This document shows, in pieces, positions 51,203-59,368 of a stretch of 64,000 bases of DNA (its first letter is position 1; each line of letters begins with the position of its first letter). This DNA is from Solirubrobacteraceae bacterium (lineage in GTDB: Bacteria > Actinomycetota > Thermoleophilia > Solirubrobacterales > Solirubrobacteraceae), in NCBI GenBank assembly GCA_030690545.1, contig JAUYGN010000079.1, positions 39,386-103,385 on the forward strand. The letters run 5' to 3'. Below the pieces are notes generated by a model, which saw only the letters and a program-made list of their open reading frames with translations, had not been told where the DNA came from and did no database searches. A program made the position numbers and the translations under genes.

Positions 51203-51814
51203 CTACTCCTCGGCGTAGGAGATCAGCGTGTGCACGTCGCGCCCGGCAAGCGCCGCCCGGCCGGGCAGGAACGCCAGCTCGATGAGAAACGCGCACCCGA
51301 CGACGACCCCGCCGAGCTGCTCGACGAGCTCGCACAGCGCAGCCGCCGTGCCGCCGGTCGCGAGCAGGTCGTCGTGCACGAGCACGCGCGCGCCCGCTTC
51401 GATCGCGTCCTCGTGCAGCTCGAGCACGCTCGTCCCGTACTCGAGCGCGTACTCGGCGCGGATCGTGCGGTGCGGCAGCGAGCCGGGCTTGCGTGCGAGC
51501 ACGAAGCCCGCACCCAGTCGGCAGGCCAGCGCCGGCCCGAACAGGAAGCCACGCGCCTCGGCACCGATCACGACGTCCGGCCGTAGCTGCTGCGTGAGCC
51601 CGGTCAGCGCCGTCAGCGACGCGTCCAATCCGACCGGACTGGCGAGCAGTGGCGTGATGTCGCGAAAGACGATCCCCGGCTTCGGGAAGTCGGGAATCGA
51701 GCGGATGTAGTGCGAGAGGTTTCGCCCTTCGGTCCTCGCAAGCTCGGACGAGGAGGTGTTTCGCCCTTCGGTCCTCGCAGGCTCGGACCTTCGGTCGACG
51801 TCACGCGCGGTCAC
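51203..51814 (-). CDS. apt: Adenine phosphoribosyltransferase with N-terminal repeat insertion
   Basis: IPDFPKPGIVFRDITPLL, EARGF, YALEYG, DDLLATGGT. Confidence 0.95.
   Translation of the reverse strand: MTARDVDRRSEPARTEGRNTSSSELARTEGRNLSHYIRSIPDFPKPGIVFRDITPLLASPVGLDASLTALTGLTQQLRPDVVIGAEARGFLFGPALACRLGAGFVLARKPGSLPHRTIRAEYALEYGTSVLELHEDAIEAGARVLVHDDLLATGGTAAALCELVEQLGGVVVGCAFLIELAFLPGRAALAGRDVHTLISYAEE
51719..51788. repeat. Two 31-bp direct repeats (39-bp period) at the apt 5' end
   Basis: GTTTCGCCCTTCGGTCCTCGCA[A/G]GCTCGGAC at 51719-51749 and 51758-51788. Confidence 0.9.
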
Positions 51815-52587
51815 TTGGCGATCTTTCGCAGGTCGCGGATCAGCAGCAGGTGCTTGAGATGGGTCGCGATCGCCGCGAGGTTCTCGAGCGCCTCGAGCGC
51901 CTCCTTGCGGCGCTCGGGATTGCGCGACCGCAGCGCCGGGGCGAGGATCTGCTGCAGCAGCGCCGCCTCGCGGTCGGCCGACGAGCGGAAGACGCGCAGG
52001 TTGCGCCCGCCGACGCCGTAGCGCGCGAGCTCGGTGACGGCGCCGATGATCTCGCGCTCGGTCTCGTCGTAGTAGTGCTTGCCGGCCCGCAGCTCGCTCT
52101 TGATGACGCCGTAGTCCTCCAGCTCGCGCACGAGCTCGGGGTCGGCGCGCGTCTCCTCGAGCACATCCTCCAGCGCGTACATCGCGCCGCCGTCGGTCAC
52201 CGAGACGCTCGCGCGGCGCTTGCGCTTGCTGGCGGCCGAGCTCGGGCGGCCGGCATCGGCTGCGACGGCGCTCTCGCCGTCGGCCGCGCGACCGGACGCA
52301 AGCTCCTGGCGGATCACGCGCAGCGGCAGGAACTCGTCGCGCTGCAGGCGCAGGATCGTGCGCAGGCGGACCATGTCCGAGGCGGAGTAGAGGCGGTAGC
52401 CGCCCGCGGTACGCCGCGGGTTGAGCAGCTTCTGATCCTCGATGTAGCGGATCTTCGAGATCGAGATGTCCGGGAACTCCTGCGCCAGCCCCTTGCAGAC
52501 GACGCCGATCGTCATCGCCTTCTGCTGCGGACGGCCGTCCTCGGCGGGCGGCGCCGCTTGTGCGTTCGTGTCGTTCGCGGTCGCCAT
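51811..52587 (-). CDS. MerR family regulator, FtsR/Rv1828-like
   Basis: MTIG.V...L..EFPDISISKIRYIE, RTAGGYRLY, QRDEFLPLRVI; follows the FHA gene. Confidence 0.9.
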   Translation of the reverse strand: MATANDTNAQAAPPAEDGRPQQKAMTIGVVCKGLAQEFPDISISKIRYIEDQKLLNPRRTAGGYRLYSASDMVRLRTILRLQRDEFLPLRVIRQELASGRAADGESAVAADAGRPSSAASKRKRRASVSVTDGGAMYALEDVLEETRADPELVRELEDYGVIKSELRAGKHYYDETEREIIGAVTELARYGVGGRNLRVFRSSADREAALLQQILAPALRSRNPERRKEALEALENLAAIATHLKHLLLIRDLRKIAK

Positions 52588-53054
52588 CAGCGTGACAGGA
52601 ACGTGAGCTTGTACTTGCCGACCTGCAGCTCGTCGCCGTCCTCCAGGCGGTGCGTCTCGATGCGATGGCGGTTGACGTACGTGCCGTTCAGCGAGCCGAG
52701 GTCGTCGAGGTGCCAGTCTCCGCCGCGACGCACGATCAGCGCGTGGTCGCGCGACACCGTCACGTCGTCGAGGAAGACGGCGCTGTCGGGACGGCGCCCG
52801 ATCGGCATCCGCTCGCCCTCGAGCGGGAAGCTCTCGCCGACGCGGCCGCCGCCGGCGCGGATGACGAGCGCGGCGCCGTGCGCGACGACGTCCTCGAGCT
52901 CGACGGGGATGAGGTCACCGGTCTCGTCGATCCGATACGTCGCCGTGACGGGCTCCTGCGGGGGCTCCGGCGTCCCGACGAAGGCACCGCACTTCTGACA
53001 GTAGTTGGCACCCTCGGCGTTGACGAAGCCGCATTCGGGGCAGTGGTGCGCCAT
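52587..53054 (-). CDS. Zinc-ribbon FHA domain protein (GarA/OdhI-like)
   Basis: CPECG...YCQKCG; IGRRPDS..FLDDVTVSRDHA, GSLNGTYVN, QVGKYKL. Confidence 0.92.
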   Translation of the reverse strand: MAHHCPECGFVNAEGANYCQKCGAFVGTPEPPQEPVTATYRIDETGDLIPVELEDVVAHGAALVIRAGGGRVGESFPLEGERMPIGRRPDSAVFLDDVTVSRDHALIVRRGGDWHLDDLGSLNGTYVNRHRIETHRLEDGDELQVGKYKLTFLSR

Positions 53055-53299
53055 TACTCCTGCGTCGCGCGACCCGCGAGGATGTCCGTCAACCGCTGCA
53101 CGTCCGCGCCGGAGATCACGTCCTCGCCGGTCTCGTGCTTCTTGCGCAGCCGGTTGACGAGCTCCGCACGCAGGATGTCGATCTTCCCGTGCAGGATCCG
53201 CCGCCGGTAGGACACCTCGACCTCCTCGTCGGTCAACTGCTGGATCAGGTCCTTCAGCTCCTGGTCGGCAAGCGAGCCGAGATCCGGAAACGTGTCCAT
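53054..53299 (-). CDS. rsiG: Single-motif RsiG-like c-di-GMP-binding anti-sigma factor
   Basis: EVEVSYRRRILHGKIDILRAEL fits E-x3-S-x2-R-x3-[Q/H]-x3-D in one coiled-coil helix. Confidence 0.8.
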   Translation of the reverse strand: MDTFPDLGSLADQELKDLIQQLTDEEVEVSYRRRILHGKIDILRAELVNRLRKKHETGEDVISGADVQRLTDILAGRATQE

Positions 53300-53374
53300 C
53301 AAGAGAGGTCTCCTCCGTGAAAAGGGGGTGCCAGCCGGCGCGGTCGGGCGAGCATACCAGCGCCGGTCTTGCCT

Positions 53375-53389
53375 TCAAGCTGAGCTTGA
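53375..53389. promoter_or_regulatory. Dyad TCAAGC-TGA-GCTTGA, candidate MerR/FtsR-type operator
   Basis: Perfect inverted repeat overlapping a TTGAAG -35 with TATGCT -10 (minus strand) upstream of rsiG-FHA-merR. Confidence 0.55.
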
Positions 53390-53469
53390 GACTGATGCCC
53401 GGATCCGCGCGCGCTGCACCGCTTCTTGCACGTCGCACCAAGAACCCGATAGTCTGGCGCCAAGTCGCG

Positions 53470-53483
53470 TTAGGCGACCCTAA
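53470..53483. promoter_or_regulatory. DtxR/SirR-type operator TTAGGCGACCCTAA
   Basis: TTAGG-N4-CCTAA, 14 nt before ATG 53498; 12/14 identical to the box at 29232. Confidence 0.6.
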
Positions 53484-53497
53484 CACTTGTCATCGCG

Positions 53498-54394
53498 ATG
53501 CCACCGTCGATCTCGACCCCCAACCCGCCGCTTCCCACCCTGCTCGATCCGGCAGCGTGCGACGAGTGCTGCCTGGCGCCGGGATCGCTGCAGCGCGTGC
53601 GCCAGATGCAGGCGCTGCGCGAGCACGGCTGGAGCCTCGACGAGATCGCGCTGCGCTTCGGCGTCTCGCGCGAACGGGTGCGCCAGATCATCCGCGCACA
53701 TGGCGGGCCCGGCCCGCAGGACATCGCCGATGCGCGCCGTCGCCGCGCCGAGGCACAGGCCGAGGCACGCATCGACGAGCTGCTCGCGCGCTGGCGCGCC
53801 GGCGAGCCGCCGCGCGTCGCAGCCAGCGAGCTCGGCCTGCAGGCCGCGGCCTGCCGCAGCACGATCGAGCGCTTCGCGACCGACGCCGACCGGATGGCGC
53901 GCAAGGCGAGCATGGCCGGCGCGCGCCGCGTGCAGACCTACTCCGACCGCGACATCATCCTCGCCCTCGTGTCCGTCGCGACGCGTGTCGGACGCGTGCC
54001 CAGCGCGAAGGAGTACGCGGCGCATGCCCGCGAGCTGAACTACCCGAGCCTGCCGACGGTGCTGAACCGGATGGGCGGCTGGACGCACGCGCTGCGCGCG
54101 ACGGGCATGGAGCCGCTCACCGCACCGTCGCGCACGCGCACGCGGCGCTGGACCGAGGAGGCGTGCTGGACCGCGCTGCGCGAGGTCGTCGACGAGCTCG
54201 ACGAGATTCCGACCGTGCTCGCCTACGAGCGCCACGCCGCGGGACGAGCCGAGCTGCCGTCGTCGGCGACGCTGCGCAACCGGCTCGGTCGCTGGAGCAC
54301 GATCTCGACGCAGCTCGCCGCGCAGCGTGACCTCACGACGGCCCGGGCAGCCGGTGCGCACGACGCCTCAGCCGACGTCGCGCAGAGCGCGTAG
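53498..54394 (+). CDS. Sigma70 region-4-like HTH protein with two homing-endonuclease-associated repeats
   Basis: WSLDEIALRFGVSRERVRQI; YSDRDII.AL...GRVPS..EY...PS..TV.NRMGGW..AL and a second copy WTEE....AL...PT...Y...PS..TL.NRLG.W. Confidence 0.75.
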   Translation: MPPSISTPNPPLPTLLDPAACDECCLAPGSLQRVRQMQALREHGWSLDEIALRFGVSRERVRQIIRAHGGPGPQDIADARRRRAEAQAEARIDELLARWRAGEPPRVAASELGLQAAACRSTIERFATDADRMARKASMAGARRVQTYSDRDIILALVSVATRVGRVPSAKEYAAHARELNYPSLPTVLNRMGGWTHALRATGMEPLTAPSRTRTRRWTEEACWTALREVVDELDEIPTVLAYERHAAGRAELPSSATLRNRLGRWSTISTQLAAQRDLTTARAAGAHDASADVAQSA

Positions 54395-55021
54395 CTGCGC
54401 CAGCGCGTCGCGCACGTAGAGCACGACGGCGTAGTACGCGAGCACGAGACCGGCGTAGAGCAGCAGCTCGGCGAGCGTCGCCAGCGCGACGAGCGCGAAG
54501 AAGATCGCCGACATCGTCGGCCATACCGCCAGCCGGCCCGGCCAGTTGATCGTCAGCTGCAGGCCGCGGCGCAGCGCCAGCTGACCGAAGACGAGCAGCA
54601 GCAGCTCGCGCGCGACGACGACGGCGATCGCCCAGCGCGGCAGCAGTGCGAAGTTCCAGCAGACGACGAGCCCCGAGACGACGAGCAGGCGGTCGACGAA
54701 CGGATCGAGCAGCGCGCCGAAGCGGCTGTACTGGCCCGTGATCCGCGCCGCGATCCCGTCGAGGTAGTCGCTCCAGGCGACGACGGCGAAGATCACGGCC
54801 GGCAGCGCGTCGGTGCCGCTCTCGGAGCGCAGCGCGAGCACGAGGAAGACCGGAATCAGCGCCAGGCGAACGAAGCCGATCGCGTTGGGGATCGTCGCGA
54901 CGTTCCACGGCTGGTCGCTCAGCGTCTGGGGCGGCGGCGGGCCGGAGCGGTCGAGGCCGACGAGCCGGCGGAACGTCAGCCGTGCCCGACCGGCATCCTC
55001 GGCTACGGGAGCGTCCGCCAT
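54368..55021 (-). CDS. CDP-alcohol phosphatidyltransferase (PgsA2-like)
   Basis: TIPNAI..VRL, SDYLDGIAAR..GQYSRFGALLDPFVDR. Confidence 0.93.
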   Translation of the reverse strand: MADAPVAEDAGRARLTFRRLVGLDRSGPPPPQTLSDQPWNVATIPNAIGFVRLALIPVFLVLALRSESGTDALPAVIFAVVAWSDYLDGIAARITGQYSRFGALLDPFVDRLLVVSGLVVCWNFALLPRWAIAVVVARELLLLVFGQLALRRGLQLTINWPGRLAVWPTMSAIFFALVALATLAELLLYAGLVLAYYAVVLYVRDALAQLRALRDVG

Positions 55022-56706
55022 AGCTCAGCGACCGCGTCGGCGGCTCCTTCGAGCGGGATGCCGCCCTCGACGGACCGCAGGCCACGACGGATCTGCGCCT
55101 CCGCGCGCCCGTCCTGCAGCGAGCGCCGTCCGACGGTCAGCCGCAACGGGCAACCGAGCAGCTCGGCGTCGGCGAACTTCGCGCCGGGACCCGCGTCGCG
55201 GTCGTCGAGCAGCACGTCGAGGCCGATCGTGCGCAGCTCGCGACAGAGCCCCTCGGCGGCGGCGAGCTCGTCGCTGCCCGGCTTGCCGAGCGCCACGACC
55301 TCGACGTCCCAGGGCGCGAGCGCGCGCGGCCAGGCGATCCCCTTCTCGTCGGCGAACTGCTCGACCGCGGCGGCGACGATGCGCGCCGGTCCGATCCCGT
55401 AGGAGCCCATCACGATCGGCTGCTCCCTGCCGTCGACGTCGAGGTACGTCGCGCCGAGCGGGACGGAGTAGCGCGTCCCGAGCTTGAAGATGTTGCCGAC
55501 CTCGATCGCCGGCTCAAGCGTGATCGGCGTGCCGCCGACCGTGTCGCCCGCCTCGACCTTGCGCACGTCGACGCGCTCGAACGCGAAGTCGCGGCCCGGC
55601 TGCACGCCGCGCAGGTGGTGATCGCGCTCGTTGGCGCCGGCGACGTAGCCGCCGTCGCCGACGGCCTCGTCGAGCAGGATCGGGACGGTCGCGCCGACCG
55701 GGCCGATGAAGCCCGGCGGCCCGATCTTGTCGGCGATCTCGTCCTCGCGCGCGGGCCGCCACGGCGCGCCGAGCGCGTTCGCGAGCTTGATCTCGTTGAC
55801 GCGGTGATCGCCGCGCACGACGACGAGCACGAGGCCGCCGGCTCGTCCCGCGCCGTCGTCGACGACGATCGGGAAGGCCTTCAGCAGCGCGCCGGCCGGC
55901 ACGTCGAGCAGCCGCGCGACGGCCTCGACCGTCGTCGCGTCCGGCGTGTGCACCCGCTCGGGCGCGTCGAGCGGTGCCGACACGTCGACGGGCTGCGGCT
56001 CGGCGCTCGCGATCTCGACGTTGGCGGCATAGCCGGGCGCCAGCGCGACCTCGTTCTCGCCCGCGGCGCACGGCGCCATGTACTCGTGCGCGCCCGAGCC
56101 GCCCATCATCCCGACGTCGGACTCGACGCTGTACCACTCCAGGCCGGTGCGCTCGAAGATCCGGTCGTACGCGCGCGCGTACGCCTCGTAGGCGACGTCG
56201 AGGCCGGCCTCGTCGCGGTCGAACGTGTAGGCGTCCTTCATGATGAACTCGCGCGTGCGCAGGACGCCGGCGCGCGGGCGCGGCTCGTCGCGCTCCTTGG
56301 TCTGGAAGTGGTACACGGAGAACGGCAGGTCGCGGTAGGAGCGCACGACCTGCGCGACGTGCGTCGTGACGCACTCCTCGTGCGTCATCGCGAGCACCAT
56401 CTCGGCGCCCTTGCGGTCCTGGAGCTTGAGCAGCTCGTCGATCTCGTAGCGCCCCGTCTTGCGCCAGGCGTCGGCCGGCTGCAGGACGGGCATCAGCATC
56501 TCCTGGCCGCCGATCGCGTCGATCTCCTCGCGGATGATCTGCACGACCTTCTGGTGCACGCGCCAGCCCGCCGGCAGCCACGACCACAGCCCCGTGCCGA
56601 GCTGGCGGACGAGTCCCGCGCGCACCATCAGCTTGTGCGAGATCGCCTCGGCGTCGGCCGGCGGCTCGCGCTCGGTCGGCAGCAGCAGCTGCGAGAGTCG
56701 GGTCAT
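55003..56706 (-). CDS. proS: Proline--tRNA ligase
   Basis: SHKLMVRAG, MTHEE, RDEPRPRAGVLRTREFIMKDAY, IEVGNIFKLG, MGSYGIG. Confidence 0.97.
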   Translation of the reverse strand: MTRLSQLLLPTEREPPADAEAISHKLMVRAGLVRQLGTGLWSWLPAGWRVHQKVVQIIREEIDAIGGQEMLMPVLQPADAWRKTGRYEIDELLKLQDRKGAEMVLAMTHEECVTTHVAQVVRSYRDLPFSVYHFQTKERDEPRPRAGVLRTREFIMKDAYTFDRDEAGLDVAYEAYARAYDRIFERTGLEWYSVESDVGMMGGSGAHEYMAPCAAGENEVALAPGYAANVEIASAEPQPVDVSAPLDAPERVHTPDATTVEAVARLLDVPAGALLKAFPIVVDDGAGRAGGLVLVVVRGDHRVNEIKLANALGAPWRPAREDEIADKIGPPGFIGPVGATVPILLDEAVGDGGYVAGANERDHHLRGVQPGRDFAFERVDVRKVEAGDTVGGTPITLEPAIEVGNIFKLGTRYSVPLGATYLDVDGREQPIVMGSYGIGPARIVAAAVEQFADEKGIAWPRALAPWDVEVVALGKPGSDELAAAEGLCRELRTIGLDVLLDDRDAGPGAKFADAELLGCPLRLTVGRRSLQDGRAEAQIRRGLRSVEGGIPLEGAADAVAELWRTLP

Positions 56707-56783
56707 GCGTGCGTCATCTCCTAACGCCAAGCCTACGCGGGTAGAGTCCGCGACGAGTCCGACGAACAGAGGAGAAACGCCCT

Positions 56784-57392
56784 ATGGCCTTTGAGGTTCC
56801 GCCCCTGCCGTACGCCCCCGATGCGCTCGAGCCCCACATCGACGCGCAGACGATGTCGATCCACCACGACAAGCACCATCAGGCGTACGTCGACAAGCTC
56901 AACGCGGCGCTGGAGGGAACCGAGCACGCGGACACGCCGATCGAGGACATCATCGCCAACCTCGACGCGATCCCCGAGGACAAGCGCGGCCCCGTCCGCA
57001 ACAACGGCGGCGGGCACTACAACCACTCGCTCTTCTGGCCCTCGATGAGCCCGAGCGGCGGCGGTGCGCCCGACGGGGACCTCGGCGCTGCGATCGACGC
57101 CGCGTTCGGCTCGTTCGACGCGTTCAAGGAGAAGTTCGAGGCGGCCGGCGTCGGCCAGTTCGGCTCCGGCTGGGCCTGGCTCGTCCTCGACGGCGGCGTG
57201 CTCGCCGTCACGAGCACGCCCAACCAGGACAACCCGCTCAGCTCCGGCAAGACCCCGCTGCTGGGCAACGACGTCTGGGAGCACGCGTACTACCTGAAGT
57301 ACCAGAACAAGCGCCCGGACTATCTGAAGGCCTGGTGGAACACGGTGAGCTGGACGGAGATCGCCGCGCGCTACAGCGCAGCCACCGGCTGA
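56784..57392 (+). CDS. sodA: Mn/Fe superoxide dismutase
   Basis: [40 protein letters not shown]. Confidence 0.97.
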   Translation: MAFEVPPLPYAPDALEPHIDAQTMSIHHDKHHQAYVDKLNAALEGTEHADTPIEDIIANLDAIPEDKRGPVRNNGGGHYNHSLFWPSMSPSGGGAPDGDLGAAIDAAFGSFDAFKEKFEAAGVGQFGSGWAWLVLDGGVLAVTSTPNQDNPLSSGKTPLLGNDVWEHAYYLKYQNKRPDYLKAWWNTVSWTEIAARYSAATG

Positions 57393-57509
57393 CCGACCGA
57401 CCAACCGGCCATCGGTCGCGCTACTTTCGCGACAATGTTTGTGTTGTAGGGGCGGGACGGTATGAGGCCGTCCCGCTCGTGTTCGTCACCTACGTCCAGC
57501 AGGAGCTCC

Positions 57510-59168
57510 ATGTCGCCAAGGATTCGTTGCATCGTCATCGCGCTCGTCTTCGTGGCGCTCCTTCCTGCCGCCGCCGCGCAGGCCAGCGCCAACCAGGCAT
57601 CGATCATGATGGACGATGACCTGCTGGTCTATCGCGACGACAACACCGCGAGCCGCGTCCTGACGCAGATGAAGACGATGGGCGTCGACATCATCCGCGT
57701 CACCGTGCTGTGGTCGGTCGTCGCCGAGAACGCGCGCACGACCCAGGCCGACCTGAACAAGCTCAGGGGCCGGCAGAACAACCGCCTGCGCGAAGCGGCC
57801 CTGCGCCAGAACCGGCGCTTCCGGCCGACCGACCCGAGCACGTATCCGGTCCGCAACTGGGATCGCTACGACAACCTCGTCCGGTCCGCCCAGAACCTCG
57901 GGATCCGCGTCTACTTCAACATCACCGGCCCCGGTCCGGCGTGGGCGCACGAGACCCCGCCGAGGGCCCAGCGCTCGCTGCGCGCCTCCTGGAAGCCCCG
58001 GCCGGCCGCCTTCAGGCAGTTCGTGACCGCCGTCGGCAGGCGCTACTCGGGCACGTACCGCGACGAGAACGCCGGCCGCACCACGCTCCCGCGCGTCAGC
58101 TTCTGGTCGCTGTGGAACGAGCCCAACCAGGGCGGCTGGCTGTCGCCGCAGTGGCAGCGCAACAGCAACGGCAGGTACGTGCCGGCCTCGCCGGCGATCT
58201 ACCGCAAGCTGCACCAGGCCGGCTACCAGGGCCTCGCCACCAGCGGTCACACCGTCGACAGCGACGTCATCCTGATGGGCGAGACGGCGCCGCTGGGCTC
58301 CAACACGCCGAGCGAGAAGAACCCGATGCGCCCGGGGCTGTTCCTGCGCGAGCTGGCCTGCGTCTCGTCCAACGGCAGCAGCTACACGGGCGCGTCCGCG
58401 CGGGCACGCAGCTGTGGCGATCTCTCGACGCGCGGCGGATTGGCGGCGAATGGCTACGCGCACCACCCGTACACCAAGAACGTGTCGCCGCTCGTGCGCG
58501 ATTCGCACCGCGACTCGCTGACGATGGCGAACATCTCCGAGCTCGGGACGCTGCTGGACACCCTGTCGGCGAGGACGAACGGGGCGATCCGCTCGGGCAT
58601 GCCGCTGTTCATGACCGAGTTCGGCTTCGAGACCAACCCGCCGGACCGGTTCTCCGGCGTGTCGCTGCAGCTGCAGGCCAAGTACAACCAGCTCGGCGAG
58701 TACCAGGCGTGGCAGAACCCGCGCATCGCCGCGCAGGCACAGTTCCTGCTGCGCGACGTCGCGCCGGTGCGCAACCGCAGGCCGGGCACGAAGGCCTACT
58801 GGTTCACGTACCAGTCCGGGCTGTTCTTCCTCAACGGAACGGCCAAGCCCGCCGCGTTCGCCTACACGATGCCGTTCATCGCGACGCCGCACGGCGCCGA
58901 TCCCGCGACCGGAGGCCCGCTGTACAGCTTCTGGGGTCAGCTGCGCTTCCTGCCGGACGGTGCGCCGGACGTCGCGCACATCCAGTGGAAGCCGAAGGAC
59001 AACTCGACGGGCTGGGTGACGGTCGGCGATCCGGTGCCGGTCGACTTCCGCGGCTACTTCCAGGCCGCGCGCGTCGCGCCGTCGGCGGCGCCCGGCGAGT
59101 GGCGTTCGTTGTGGGTGCGGCCCGACGGTGGCGAGCCCTCGACGAGCCTCAGCACGGACGGAAGCTAG
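57510..59168 (+). CDS. Secreted clan GH-A-like glycoside hydrolase
   Basis: Signal peptide, WNEPN acid/base, YAHHPY, MTEFGF nucleophile; RBS AGGAG. Confidence 0.75.
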   Translation: MSPRIRCIVIALVFVALLPAAAAQASANQASIMMDDDLLVYRDDNTASRVLTQMKTMGVDIIRVTVLWSVVAENARTTQADLNKLRGRQNNRLREAALRQNRRFRPTDPSTYPVRNWDRYDNLVRSAQNLGIRVYFNITGPGPAWAHETPPRAQRSLRASWKPRPAAFRQFVTAVGRRYSGTYRDENAGRTTLPRVSFWSLWNEPNQGGWLSPQWQRNSNGRYVPASPAIYRKLHQAGYQGLATSGHTVDSDVILMGETAPLGSNTPSEKNPMRPGLFLRELACVSSNGSSYTGASARARSCGDLSTRGGLAANGYAHHPYTKNVSPLVRDSHRDSLTMANISELGTLLDTLSARTNGAIRSGMPLFMTEFGFETNPPDRFSGVSLQLQAKYNQLGEYQAWQNPRIAAQAQFLLRDVAPVRNRRPGTKAYWFTYQSGLFFLNGTAKPAAFAYTMPFIATPHGADPATGGPLYSFWGQLRFLPDGAPDVAHIQWKPKDNSTGWVTVGDPVPVDFRGYFQAARVAPSAAPGEWRSLWVRPDGGEPSTSLSTDGS

Positions 59169-59368
59169 ACGCGGAGCGCCGTCGCGCGGGTGCCGGCCGT
59201 TCGCGCCGGCACCGCGCCGCGCCGCGCCGCGCTTCGACCGGGTCGCGGCGCGCCGGCGTCCCTGCAAGGTCGCAGCCGTGCGGAAGCTGGTCGACTTGAG
59301 CATGCAGGACGTGCACGACTCGCCCAGCTCGGGCTCGGAGCGACCCGCCGGCGGCGCGACGGGCGCGA

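Noticed and set aside
51719..51788. Possible mini-CRISPR (31-bp direct repeats)
   Set aside because: Only two units with an 8-bp spacer, inside a CDS, with no cas genes or leader
59170..59368. Hairpins and a short CGCGC tract between the hydrolase and ispG as a MITE or sRNA
   Set aside because: Adequately explained as termination structures between convergent genes; no second copy or target-site duplication in the window
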